Origin: Thalia democratica
Lineage: Eukaryota
DNA length: 64,000 nucleotides
Direction: 5' to 3'
Assembly (NCBI GenBank): GCA_965202585.1
Contig: OZ241833.1
Span: 13,330,001-13,394,000 of the forward strand
Part shown: positions 12,101 to 27,100 of the stretch, in pieces
How positions within the stretch are numbered: the first letter of the stretch is position 1
Layout of the letters: each line of letters begins with the position of its first letter
The notes under the pieces: generated by a model
Told to the model about the DNA's origin: nothing
The model's input: the letters and a program-made list of their open reading frames with translations, nothing else
Databases searched by the model: none
Position numbers and translations under genes: made by a program

Positions 12101-15100
12101 TCCTTAATTTACAACTAAATACATTTTAAACATTGAAAAATATCTATAAGATTTAACAAAATAATATTGGTCTAATTATATTCTTTTATAAACTTATAGT
12201 GAAAACTTGGGAGGTCCTTCAGTTGTTCCAGTCGAACATGCTCGTCCAATGAGATCTGAATGTTTAAGAAGATGTCCAGATGACTGCCCAACAAACACAA
12301 TTGAGCTGATGGAAGCCAACTGCAAGCCTTCATGCAGAAAAGGTACCAAAACTTGATTTATAAATAAAAAAGTTACAAAAAACTAAAACCATTTGAGATC
12401 AATTTTTGCATTGAGCTTTATGTAACTTACAGCTGTTAGAACATTTAAAATGTTTTAGTGTAAATATTTAAAAGAATTTTGATATAAATGTTTTCTAAAG
12501 TACCTTATATCTAAAACCAATATACATTATTATATAGAACATGGAACTGACTTTTATGACCCTGACTGTGAAGCTTGCGTTATTCGAGTTCTTGGAGGAC
12601 CATGCTATGATTGCTTTGGTCAATGTTTCATAGACATGTACTATCCTGACCCCCATCTGTTAGTATACTAATATTGTTCTTTTATTTATTTAAATACTTA
12701 TTTATCTTTATTTTAGTCATGAACCATCTGTTGTACCTGTACCTGAAGCTCGTAAACTAAGATCTGAGTGTCTAGAGTTTTGTCCTACTGATTGCCCAAG
12801 CAACACCATTGAGTTGATGGAAGGAAACTGTAAGAGAGATTGCAGAAAAGGATCAGGAACTGCTTTCTACGATGAAGAATGTGAAGCTTGTGTTCTAAGA
12901 GTACTCGGAAGATCATGCTGGGACTGTTTCGGTCAATGTTTTAGAAACAAAGGATATATCGATCACAAACTGTAAGCTATTATGTGTATCTTAAGCTTGT
13001 AACTAGGTAACTTTCTTTAATATAAGCGTTTTACTATTTTTAGTTAAAAAAAAAGTTAAAAAAACATTTAAATTTTTATAATAAAAGGACTTAATTGATT
13101 ATTTAGTGAAAACTTGGGAGGTCCTTCTGTTGTTCCAGTTGAACATGCTCGCCCTATGAGATCTGAATGTCTAAGAAGATGTCCAAATGACTGCCCGACT
13201 AACACAATTGAACTTATGGAAGCCAACTGCAAACCTTCGTGTAGAAAAGGTAAAAAAAATGCTTTGGTTGTAAAAAACACAAAGTAAAATTACAAGATCC
13301 TTACTAATATCAACAAACGAACATATTAAGTCATAACTAATCCTGAAAACTTTTATTTATTTTTAAAATTGATATTTACAAAAAAGTAAAAACATTTAAA
13401 TTACTATCATTATTTCTATAGAACATGGGACTGACTTTTACGATCCCGACTGTGAAGCTTGCGTTATTCGAGTTCTTGGAGGACCATGTTATGATTGCTT
13501 TGGTCAATGTTTCATAGACATGTACTATCCTGACCCCCATCTGTTAGTTTTTAATAACAAACTTTTTTTTAACAATACTGAATTCTTATTTTTCAGTCAT
13601 GAACCATCAGTTGTACCTGTTGAAGAAGCTCGTAAACTAAGATCTGAATGCTTAGAGTTTTGTCCTACTGATTGTCCGAGCAACACCATCAATTTAATGG
13701 AAGGAAACTGCAAGAGAGATTGTAGAAAAGGATCAGGAACTGCTTTCTATGATGAAGAATGTGAAGCTTGCGTTCTAAGAGTACTCGGAAGATCGTGCTG
13801 GGACTGTTTTGGCCAATGTTTCAGAAACAAAGGATATATCGATCACAAACTGTGAATATTTTGAAGATGTTTATTATAAATTTTTTAAGTTGTTTTAAAA
13901 AGTTCTTATAATAAAGAGTAATTTTTAGATAGTTTGAAATTACACTAATCAATGAATATTTCACAAAGATAGTAAATCTCAGCTTAAAACTGATCTTTCT
14001 ATATAATTATTTAAGAGCAAGTTTGGGAGGTCCTTCAGTAGTACCTGTTGAACATGCTCGTCCAATGAGATCTGAATGTCTAAGAAGATGTCCAAGTGAC
14101 TGCCCAACAAACACAATTGAACTTATGGAAGCCAATTGCAAGCCATCATGCAGAAAAGGTGTTTATTGTTTATATTTTGTGAATGATTACATATAAACAC
14201 TAGAAAAGTTTACTTGTGTTATTTATCTTACTACATTTTGTCAGCTTATAACCTTTAAATTTTTATAAAAAACCGTTTAAACGAGTGATCATTTGTTCAA
14301 TTACAGTAACTATTAAAGTAATCACTGCACTAGTAAACAAAAACATAGTATTGTGGAACACTTTCAGAAGTAGTTGTAGCGTTTGAGTTTCAAATACTTA
14401 ATTTGATAGTATAAATATTTCTTAATTGTTTCATAATTCTTTTTAAACTTTAAGTTTTATAAAGATGTGCAATACTTTTTATGTTTGAAGTAAATGAGTT
14501 ATTTTTTAAGGTGATTAGTAAAGAAGTTTCTAAAATTTTAGAACAAATTTTTACAGCATTTCTTTCATTTTTAATTAGACTATTCTTTTAGCCATAATCA
14601 AAGTAAATAATAACTATATGTAAACAATGTAAAGCATTTTTGAATGAAATATATTATTTATTCGAAGTAAAAATATGCAACTTTGTATTAATATATATAT
14701 TATTTCATAACATTTTTTTTCTATTTAGCATTTTATGACCAACTTGAAATTATTTAATCGCAAATAGTTTTATTGACATTAACTTTTTTTTATAGAAAAG
14801 GTCATAGTTATTTAAATAAGATTACAACAAACGGTTTTGCTTACTGAAAATAAAAACTTAAAGTTTAGGAGAAGACTTTAAAAATGTTTGAGTGTATTTT
14901 TATATATAGATCAATACAAGTATTAGTGATATGTTAAATTTTTGTCATAACAACACTAATAATACACGAGTTGATTAATCATTTTTTCTATCAATTGATC
15001 ATTGTATACTTAAAAAACATCATTTAGAGCATGGAACTGACTTCTACGATCCTGATTGCGAATCTTGTGTTATTCAAGTTTTGGGAAAACCGTGTTATGA

Positions 15101-18100
15101 TTGTTTCGGACAGTGTTTTGTAGATATGTACTACTACGATCCTCGATTGTAAGTATCATTCACTTTAAAACTAAGTAGAATTTATTCATACTTTATATAA
15201 GCTGTAAAAATTAGTAATTATACAATAATAAAATATTTTAGACAAGACGTTAAAAGGTATCCAAGTGGTGTGCGACTCGATAACCGAAAGGTTTTTTCGT
15301 GCACTAGGTCAAAAGACCAAACATTTTGAGCGCTTTCATTTGTCGTTCAATAAGCAATATATATGTAGAGCTAACATTAACGAGGAAGGGAAGTAAATTT
15401 AGATAATAAAGTATTGAAAGTTTTACTTCACTTAAAAGTTTTAAAAATCTGTGACAAAAATGATTTTATCTTCATATATACTTATTGAAGAAGTGACGCT
15501 ACTTTTACCACGTATATACATAAACTAATGTACCTGACAAGTGTATATTGATTTATGTAGTTTTCCTAAGAACATAGGTCTTTAAAAACTGTTATTAATA
15601 AGTTTTTTTTTATGAGTCAACTTATTATTTATTTACAGGATCCATATTTTTTTACCTATTGAAAAACTTGTCAAAAAATATTTAAATTTTTTTTTAACTA
15701 AAACAGAATTTAAACAGTTTGAAACTTAATTTAAGATAAATAATAACTAAAGCTGAAATTTTTGAAGATATTTAATCTACAATGCAAAAAAAACCTTGTG
15801 TTGATATTGATGTCTTTAACCTGCCACATTTAGAAGATATTTAAAATGCAAAATTTTCTTAAATATTTATAAAATATTAATTTTTCAGTATTTTTCAGTT
15901 AATAAAAATTAAAATTGTAGAAATATTTGTGTTCATATAATATTTTAATACCTCTAGTTAAATTTTTAAATTATATCTACAACCATCATAGCTTTTTAAT
16001 TATTCTAAGAATCTATAAGTATTTGTCAAAAAACAAGCTCTAAAATTTAGAATTGAGCAATCAGTTGTACCAGTTGAAGATGCGCGTAAACTAAGATCCG
16101 AGTGTCTAGAGTTTTGTCCTACTGACTGTCCGAGAAACACAATCGAGTTGATGGAAGGAAACTGCAAACAAGATTGTAGAAAAGCATCAGGAACTTCTTT
16201 TTACAATAAGGATTGTGAAGCTTGTGTTCTGAAAGTTCTCGGAAGATCTTGTTGGGATTGTTTTGGCCAATGTTTTAGAAACAAAGGGTATTACGACCAT
16301 AAACTGTGAGTTTTAACAAATGCTTGTTTTCAACGCTTTTTGCTTCTAAAACGGTTTTCAATCGAATCTAAAGTCTTTTTATTAATTAAATTTAGAAAAT
16401 TCTAATGCATAAATACATATTATCGTAGAATGAAAGAATTTTAATTTACATCTAAAGATATATTAATTAAAAAATAGCAAAAAGTTAGGTGTTCCTTGTG
16501 TCTTTATCTATCAAAATCTTGAAAATATTTTTCGATATACATAGTATTAATGTTTTTTGAAAATTATATAAAAGCTTAGCCATATTTCCATTGTAGTGAA
16601 AACTTGGGAGGTCCTTCAGTTGTTCCTGTCGAACATGCTCGCCCAATGAGATCTGAATGTCTTAGAAGATGTCCAGGTGACTGTCCAACAAACACAATTG
16701 AACTTATGGAAGCCAACTGCAAGCCATCATGCAGAAAAGGTAATAAATACATTCAAGTAAAATTTTCTTACAATGATTGACACATATAATGCCAACAAAT
16801 ATCATTTACTAAAATGTCTATAAAAAAGACTTCAAAAAAATTTCTAAAAGTTAAAATTGACTTGAGAGTTTAAGTAAAACGTATTTTTAGCAGTTATAAA
16901 AACTTATTGAAAAGTAAAAAAAATTATTTAATAGAACACGGTACTGACTTTTATGATCCTGACTGTGAAGCTTGCGTTATTCGAGTTCTTGGAGGACCAT
17001 GTTATGATTGCTTTGGTCAATGTTTCATAGACATGTACTATCCTGACCCCCATCTGTTAGTTTTTTATAACAAACTTTTTTTTAACAATACTGAATTCTT
17101 ATTTTTCAGTCATGAACCATCAGTTGTACCTGTTGAAGAAGCTCGTAAACTAAGATCTGAATGCTTAGAGTTTTGTCCTACTGATTGTCCGAGCAACACC
17201 ATCAATTTAATGGAAGGAAACTGCAAGAGAGATTGCAGAAAAGGATCAGGAACTGCTTTCTATGATGAAGAATGTGAAGCTTGTGTTTTAAGAGTACTCG
17301 GAAGATCATGCTGGGACTGTTTTGGTCAATGTTTTAGAAACAAAGGATATATCGATCACAAGCTGTAAGACTATTGTTTAGTTTTTATATGTAATAAGTT
17401 GTTCAAAAATATTTTAGTTTAAAAGTCAAAAATTTCTTCATTTCAAAAATTAAAAAAATTAATGAAATATTTAAACTGCTTTTTGATATTCTGACAAGGT
17501 TAGTATTCAACTAACCGAAACAGCTAACATTGAAAAATGACAAGTTTACTTTAGTTTAATTTTTTCGAAGTATATAAAAGTTAAATTAGCATTATAATTG
17601 CTGAATAAACTTTAGCGAAAGCTTGGGAGGTCCTTCTGTCGTTCCAGTTGAACATGCTCGCCCAATGAGATCTGAATGTCTAAGAAGGTGTCCAAGTGAC
17701 TGTCCTACAAACACAATTGAACTAATGGAAGCCAACTGCAAACCATCATGTAGAAAAGGTAATCAAGAGATATGCAATAGTTATCAAGAACAAAACTAAA
17801 AACTATAAGAATTATGCTAGTATAAATAAGTTAACAAATTTTACTTGAAGTTATCTTTAAGAGTATTCAGTCGATTTAGAATTTAAGTTTCTAAAAAGAT
17901 CTTTGCTTAAATAAACAACATCAACAATTCTACAGAACATGGCACTGACTTTTACGATCCTGACTGTGAAGCTTGCGTTATCCGAGTTCTTGGAGGACCA
18001 TGTTATGATTGCTTTGGTCAATGTTTCATAGACATGTACTATCCTGACCCCCATCTGTTAGTTTTGAATAAAAACTTAATTTTTAACTTTTCTCACATGT

Positions 18101-21100
18101 TTTTTTACAGTCATGAACCATCTGTTGTACCAGTTAATGAAGCTCGTATATTAAGATCTGAGTGTCTAGAGTTTTGCCCTACTGACTGTCCAAGCAACAC
18201 CATTGAGTTGATGGAAGGAAACTGCAAGAGAGATTGCAGAAAAGGATCAGGAACTGCTTTCTATGATGAAGAATGTGAAGCTTGTGTTCTAAGAGTACTC
18301 GGAAGATCGTGCTGGGACTGTTTCGGTCAATGTTTCAGAGACAAAGGATATATCGATCACAAGCTGTAAGACTATTGTTTAGTTTTTACATTGTTAAATA
18401 TTGTTCACAATTTATTTTGATTAACAAGTCGAAAAATTCTTTATTATTCTAAAAATTGAAAAAATTAAGAAATTATTTAAACTGCTTTTTGATATTTTGA
18501 CAAGGTCAGTTTTCAACTAACCGAAGCAGCTAACATTGAAAAATATATGTTTACTTTTATTTAATTTCTTCAAAGTATAAAACATTTAAATTATTATAAT
18601 TGCTGAATAAACTTTAGTGAAAGCTTGGGAGGTCCTTCTGTCGTTCCAGTTGAACACGCTCGCCCAATGAGATCTGAATGTCTAAGAAGATGTCCAAGTG
18701 ACTGTCCAACAAACACAATTGAACTAATGGAAGCCAACTGCAAACCATCATGCAGAAAAGGTAACCAAGAGATATGCAATAGTTATCAAGAACAAAACTA
18801 AAAATTATAAGAATTATACTAGTATAAATAAGTTAACAAATTTTACTTGAAGTTATCTTTAACAGTATTCAGTCGATTTAGAATTTAAGTTTCTAAAGAG
18901 ATCTTTTCTTAAATAAACAACATCAACAATTCTACAGAACATGGCACTGACTTTTACGATCCTGACTGTGAAGCTTGCGTTATCCGAGTTCTTGGAGGAC
19001 CATGTTATGATTGCTTTGGTCAATGTTTCATAGACATGTACTATCCTGACCCACATCTGTTAGTTTTGAATAAAAACTTAATTTTTAACTTTTCTCACAT
19101 GTTTTTTTACAGTCATGAACCATCTGTTGTACCAGTTAATGAAGCTCGTAAGCTCAGATCTGAGTGTCTAGAGTTTTGTCCTACTGATTGTCCGAGCAAC
19201 ACCATCGAGTTGATGGAAGGTAACTGCAAGAGAGATTGCAGAAAAGGTTCAGGAACTGCTTTCTATGATGAAGAGTGTGAAGCTTGTGTTCTAAGAGTAC
19301 TCGGAAGATCGTGCTGGGACTGTTTCGGTCAATGTTTCAGAAACAAAGGATATATCGATCACAAACTGTAAGTAAAGCTGTTAATTAAAATCGATCTTAA
19401 CGATTTCCTTTTAAGTAATTTTAATTTTTACCAATAATTATTTTGGCCATCATCAACAAAGTTGAGATATTGACGCAATCAACAATAAATAATAAACTTC
19501 ACAACAAGACCAACTACAACAGTATCCAAGACAACTTACGCCCGGTTTCGTCATTATTAGGACTTTTCAGGCAGGCATAGTCGCGACAAACCTCTGTTAA
19601 GATCTTACTGAGCGGATTCAAGTGCAAAGTACTGATACGACCGTTTGTGGGTAAAATTGAGAAAAATTGCTTCAGTTAAATCATTCACAGACGACATATT
19701 GGACATTGTTACCTTATTGTGAGATTATAGTATGGGCTCGTTTGGTCAGTTTTAGTCAAAATTAATTTGGCTATCATAAACAAAGTTGAGATGTTCGCGC
19801 CATCAACAATAAATAATGAATTTCACAACACGACCACAACAATAGTATCCGTTTCGTCCCTATTAGGACTTTTCAGCCAGGCATAATCGCGATAAACCGC
19901 TGTTAAAATTTTATTAATACTTATACTATAAACTTGTTAGTAATATTAATAAAATAAATTCTTTGTTCTCTTAAGTAAATTTCTAAACTTTACAAACATT
20001 CAAGCTTTTGTCTCAAAAACATATACTACATTTCAGCTTAGTTTATACTTTAAATTACAATTAACTTTAAGTGAAAACTTGGGAGGTCCTTCTGTTGTTC
20101 CAGTCGAACATGCTCGCCCGATGAGGTCTGAATGTCTAAGAAGGTGTCCAAGTGACTGCCCAACAAACACAATTGAACTTATGGAAGCCAACTGCAAGCC
20201 ATCATGCAGAAAAGGTAGTACAACTTCATGTGAAGTATAAATAAGTAATGAGGTTAACATTAGGTCAACGTTAAGAAATTTTCATTGTTTTATATTGGTA
20301 AGAAATAAATGACTAAATTATTAAACTTATATTTAATCTTAAATTTGTTTATAATGTTTAAATATATAAAAACTGTGACTTTCTATAGAACATGGCACTG
20401 ACTTTTACGATCCTGACTGTGAAGCTTGTGTTATCCGAGTTCTTGGAGGACCATGTTATGATTGCTTTGGTCAATGTTTCATAGACATGTACTATCCTGA
20501 CCCCCATCTGTTAGTTTTAAAAAACAAACTTGTGTTTCAACTTTTTATATTCGTATTTTTACAGTCATGAACCATCTGTTGTACCTGTACCTGAAGCTCG
20601 TAAACTAAGATCTGAATGTCTAGAGTTTTGCCCTACTGACTGTCCGAGCAACACCATCGAGTTAATGGAAGGAAACTGCAAGAGAGATTGCAGAAAAGGA
20701 TCAGGAACTGCTTTCTATGATGAAGAGTGTGAGGCTTGTGTTCTAAGAGTACTTGGAAGATCATGCTGGGACTGTTTCGGTCAATGTTTTAGAAACAAAG
20801 GATATATCGATCACAAACTGTGAGTATTGTAATTTTTACTTGCTTAAGGATAATTTTAAAAGTTCTGTATAAACAATATTATTATTATTAAGATTTGGTT
20901 AGTTTTTATTAGTCTTGCAGTTATTGAAAAAAAAATTACTTAGTATTAATGACACTATATCTCCGTTAAATTGTGCTTTAAAACTATAACTAATCTTTAG
21001 TGAAAACTTGGGAGGTCCTTCTGTCGTTCCAGTCGAACATGCTCGTCCAATGAGATCTGAATGTCTTAGAAGATGTCCAGGTGACTGCCCATCAAACACA

Positions 21101-24100
21101 ATTGAACTTATGGAAGCCAACTGCAAACCATCATGCAGAAAAGGTAATAACTGATCAAACACTTAACAATATAAAAATACACACATAAATCAATAGTTGT
21201 ATAGGTAAGGCCTAATGCACTTTCGCTCGTTTGACTTTAAGAGTTTTGATTAAACAAAAGTTAAACATTTACACAAAGGCTAAGGTATATTGTTCCTCGT
21301 TATGAAATACCCTGTTATACGGTAGCAAAACAAGGACGCTATTTAGCTAGCAAAAGAAGAAATTCAACACCTTCCCCCTAAGATGCCTTTGCAGCATCTC
21401 TAGAATCGCATGGCAAAAAAAGATCATAAATGAGAAAGTGTTGAGACGTACTAGTCTTAATACCATGTAGTTTACCTTCATTCAGCGCAAGCTTCGTTGG
21501 ATCTGTCACGTTCTAAGGATGGGTAAATAGCAAAACCTAAAGACTAAGTTGTATGGTGGATTTTTCGTTGGCAAACGCGACCGAGGTCACAAAAACTATG
21601 TTCTAAGGACGTATTCAAACAATCTATAATAAGCTTAAGTGTAAGAACTAATAAGTGGAAATTACTAGCATATTGGCGCGCTAAATGGCGATCTACTGTA
21701 AACAATAGACTAAAAGGTACGATAAACAATACATTAAAGAAATAATCATACAAAGAGTTATAAGAACAGTTTAAATTCTACTTATATGACTTTATATATT
21801 CATTTTTATTTATATATATTTCTTTTTTTTTATGGTTTTTTGATTTACTTATACTGCACAACTGTGTTTGTAAGTTAAATTTATTATTATTTAATTTTTT
21901 TCTTCTCTGCAGAATATACATAACAGATTTTGGCGGGTAGTCAGCCTAATATTATTATTTTCGTTATTATTATTGTTACTTTTTTTTTAATGAAACTATT
22001 CATTTTACTCTAATGATTACAAAGAATTTTTTTTTTGAAACTTATAAAACTAAAAAAGTGTTATAAAGATACCATGTGACTTCAAATTAGCTAGTATTAA
22101 ACATTTAAGTATGAGGTTGATTTTCGAAACTTAAAATTTCAACAAAATGTAACATTTTGTAATAGAACATGGCACTGACTTTTATGATCCTGACTGTGAA
22201 GCTTGCGTTATCCGAGTTCTTGGAGGATCATGTTATGATTGCTTTGGTCAATGTTTCATAGACATGTACTATCCTGATCCCCATCTGTAAGTTTTTAATA
22301 ACAGACCTTTTTTTTTTTAAACTGAATTGTTTTTTTTTTTGTAGTCATGAACCATCTGTTGTACCTGTACCTGAAGCTCGTAAACTAAGGTCTGAATGCT
22401 TAGAGTTTTGTCCTACTGATTGCCCGAGCAACACCATCGAGTTGATGGAAGGAAACTGCAAGCGAGATTGCAGAAAAGGATCAGGAACTGCTTTTTATGA
22501 TGAAGAATGTGAAGCTTGTGTTCTGAGAGTACTTGGAAGATCATGCTGGGACTGTTTCGGTCAATGTTTCAGAAACAAAGGATATATCGATCATAAACTG
22601 TAAGTTTTTTAAAGATTTTTTTTGTAGTATTTTATTACTTTTTTCTAAGTGATGATAGCAACTTAATAATTATTTTGTCCTTAATTTATTTTTAAGCTGA
22701 GTAAAAGTTAAAATATTTAGTTTAGTTGACCATATTTATCACCTACAACGTGTTTTTATAACACAATCAACCTTAAGTGAAAACTTGGGAGGACCTTCTG
22801 TCGTTCCAGTCGAACATGCTCGACCAATGAGATCTGAATGTCTAAGAAGATGTCCAGGTGATTGTCCAACAAACACAATTGAACTTATGGAAGCCAATTG
22901 TAAACCATCATGCAGAAAAGGTGTAAATCAAAAAAATAGTCTATAAGCATTATAAAGATAATTGTTCTCTTTTTATAATAAAACAGAGTATTTTATCAAA
23001 AATTTTTAAACTAGCAAAAATTTTTTTAAATTAGATATGAATTAGAATTGATTTTTATTTTTTAAGTATTCATATAATTATTTTCTAATACTGAGAAACA
23101 CAATAAATGATTTTTTTTCCCAATAGAACATGGCACCGACTTTTACGATCCTGACTGTGAAGCTTGCGTTATCCGAGTTCTTGGAGGATCATGTTATGAT
23201 TGCTTTGGTCAATGTTTCATAGACATGTACTATCCTGACCCCCATCTGTGAGTTTTTTATTATAAACTTGGTTTTTATAATTTTTTATTCCTATTTTTTT
23301 CAGTCATGAACCATCTGTGGTACCCGTACCTGAAGCTCGTAAACTAAGATCTGAATGCTTAGAGTTTTGTCCAACTGATTGCCCAAGCAACACTATAGAG
23401 TTGATGGAAGGTAACTGCAAGAGAGATTGCAGAAAAGGATCAGGAACTGCTTTCTATGATGAAGAGTGTGAAGCTTGTGTTCTTAGAGTACTTGGAAGAT
23501 CATGCTGGGACTGTTTCGGTCAATGTTTCAGAAACAAAGGATATATGGATCACAAACTGTGAGTATTGTGAAGATTTTTTTGTAATATTTTATTACTTTT
23601 TTCTACTTTATGATATCAACTTAATGATTGTTTTTGTCCTTAATTTATTTCTAAGCTAAGTAGAAGTTAAAATATTTAGTTTAATTGACCCTATTTATCA
23701 CCTTTAACGTGTTTTTTATAATACAAACAACATTAAGTGCAAAATTGGGAGGACCATCTGTCGTTCCAGTCGAACATGCTCGCCCAATGAGATCTCAATG
23801 TCTTAGAAGATGTCCAAGTGATTGTCCAACTAACACAATCGAACTTATGGAAGCCAATTGTAAACCATCATGCAGAAAAGGTAAAAATTAAATATTTAGT
23901 CTGTTACCGTTATAAAGATAATTGGTCTTTTTTTACAATAAAAAAGAGTACTTTAACAAAAATTATTAAACAAAAAAATTTTCATTAAATTTTGATATAT
24001 ATTAAAATTGATTTTTCTATTATGAGTATTAATATGAGTAATTTTTAAAACTGAGAAACACAATAAATAAAATTTATTTTCAAATAGAACATGGCACCGA

Positions 24101-27100
24101 CTTTTACGATCCTGACTGTGAAGCTTGCGTTATCCGAGTTCTTGGAGGATCATGTTATGATTGCTTTGGTCAATGTTTCATAGACATGTACTATCCTGAC
24201 CCACATCTGTGAGTTTTTTATTAGAAACTTGATTTTTATATTTTCTTATTCCTATTTTTTTCAGTCATGAACCATCTGTGGTACCCGTACCTGAAGCTCG
24301 TAAACTAAGATCTGAGTGTCTAGAGTTTTGTCCAACTGATTGCCCAAGCAACACCATCGAGTTGATGGAAGGAAATTGCAAGAGAGATTGCAGAAAAGGA
24401 TCAGGAACTGCTTTCTATGATGAAGAGTGTGAAGCTTGTGTTCTTAGAGTACTGGGAAGATCATGCTGGGACTGTTTCGGTCAATGTTTCAGAAACAAAG
24501 GATATATCGATCACAAACTGTGAGTATTGTGTAGATTTTTTTTGTAGTACTTTATTACTTTTTTCTACTTAATGATATCAACTTAATGATTGTTTTTGTC
24601 CTTAATTTATTTCTAAGCTAAGTAGAAGTTAAAATATTTAGTTTAATTGACCCTATTTATCACCTTTAACGTGTTTTTTATAATACAAACAACATTAAGT
24701 GCAAAATTGGGAGGACCATCTGTCGTTCCAGTCGAACATGCTCGCCCAATGAGATCTGAATGTCTTAGAAGATGTCCAAGTGATTGTCCAACTAACACAA
24801 TTGAACTTATGGAAGCCAATTGTAAACCATCATGCAGAAAAGGTAAAAATTAAATATTTAGTCTGTTACCGTTATAAAGATAATTGTTCTTTTTTTACAA
24901 TAAAAAAGAGTACTTTAACAAAAATTATTAAACAATAAAATTTTCATTAAATTTTGATATATATTAAAATTTATTTTTCTATTATGAGTATTAATATGAG
25001 TAATTTTTAATACTGAGAAACACAATAAATAAAATTTATTTTCAAATAGAACATGGCACCGACTTTTACGATCCTGACTGTGAAGCTTGCGTTATCCGAG
25101 TTCTTGGAGGATCATGTTATGATTGCTTTGGTCAATGTTTCATAGACATGTACTATCCTGACCCACATCTGTGAGTTTTTTATTAGAAACTTGATTTTTA
25201 TATTTTCTTATTCCTATTTTTTTCAGTCATGAACCATCTGTGGTACCCGTACCTGAAGCTCGTAAACTAAGATCTGAGTGTCTAGAGTTTTGTCCAACTG
25301 ATTGCCCGAGCAACACTATCGAGTTGATGGAAGGTAACTGCAAGAGAGATTGCAGAAAAGGATCAGGAACTGCTTTCTATGATGAAGAGTGTGAAGCTTG
25401 TGTTCTTAGAGTACTGGGAAGATCATGCTGGGACTGTTTCGGTCAATGTTTCAGAAACAAAGGATATATCGATCACAAACTGTGAGTATTGTGTAGATTT
25501 TTTTTGTAGTATTTTATTACTTTTTTCTACTTAATGATATCAACTAAATGATTGTTTTTGTCCTTAATTTATTTCTAAGCTAAGTAGAAGTTAAAATATT
25601 TAGTTTAATTGACCCTATTTATCACCTTTAACGTGTTTTTTATAATACAAACAACATTAAGTGCAAAATTGGGAGGACCATCTGTCGTTCCAGTCGAACA
25701 TGCTCGCCCAATGAGATCTGAATGTATTAGAAGATGTCCAAGTGATTGTCCAACTAACACAATTGAACTTATGGAAGCCAATTGTAAACCATCATGCAGA
25801 AAAGGTAAATTCAAATAATTATTCTATGAGCATTATAAAGATATGTTTTTAACTTTCACATAATTACAGAATAGTTTATCAAAAATTGTTAAACTAGCAA
25901 AAGTTAGAAAATAGCAATATGTCTTAAAATTGATTTTTATTTTATAAATAATCATAACAGTATTTTTCATAATTGACAAAACACATTAAAATAATTTTAT
26001 TTTCTGATAGAACATGGCACTGACTTTTACGATCCTGACTGTGAAGCTTGTGTTATCCGAGTTCTTGGAGGATCATGTTATGATTGCTTTGGTAAATGTT
26101 TCATAGACATGTACTATCCTGATCCCCATCTGTGAGTTTTTATTAACGAACCTATATGTCAATTTTTCTTATTCCTATTTTTTTCAGTCATGAACCATCT
26201 GTTGTACCTGTACCTGAAGCTCGTAAACTAAGATCTGAGTGTCTAGAGTTCTGCCCTACTGACTGCCCGAGCAACACTATCGAGTTGATGGAAGGAAACT
26301 GCAAGAGAGATTGCAGAAAAGGAACAGGAACTGCTTTTTATGATGAAGAATGTGAAGCTTGCGTACTAAGAATACTCGGAAGATCATGCTGGGACTGTTT
26401 CGGTCAATGTTTCAGAAACAAAGGATATATCGATCATAAACTGTGAGTATTATAAAATTTTCAACTATTTTATTGTATGAGAGTTTATTTTTAAGCAATT
26501 TTAACTAATAAAATTTTTTGATTCTTCATTTATTTCTAAATTTTTAAAAACTCAATTGTTAAGTTTTAACAATAATAGATCTACATTAAAACTAATTTTT
26601 AAATTATAATTAACGTTAAGTGAAAACTTGGGAGGACCTTCTGTTGTTCCAGTCGAACATGCTCGACCAATGAGATCTGAATGTCTTAGAAGGTGTCCAA
26701 GTGACTGCCCAACAAACACAATTGAACTAATGGAAGCCAACTGCAAGCCGTCATGTAGAAAAGGTAAAAATAATTTCTTAGCATATAATATTTACGAAAA
26801 TGTTCATTTTATTTTAACGATAAAAAAGATTTTTGTATTAAACTTTAAAAAAATGTTTTAAATAAATGAGGTGATTTCAAATTAGTAACTATCTTGTAAG
26901 TTTTGATAAAAGTATATTAAAATATTTAAAAAAAAACTAAACTTATTATGTTTTCAATAGAACATGGCACTGACTTTTACGATCCTGACTGTGAAGCTTG
27001 CGTTATCAGAGTTCTTGGAGGACCTTGTTATGATTGCTTTGGTCAATGTTTCATAGACATGTACTATCCTGACCCCCATCTGTAAGTTTTATATAACAAA

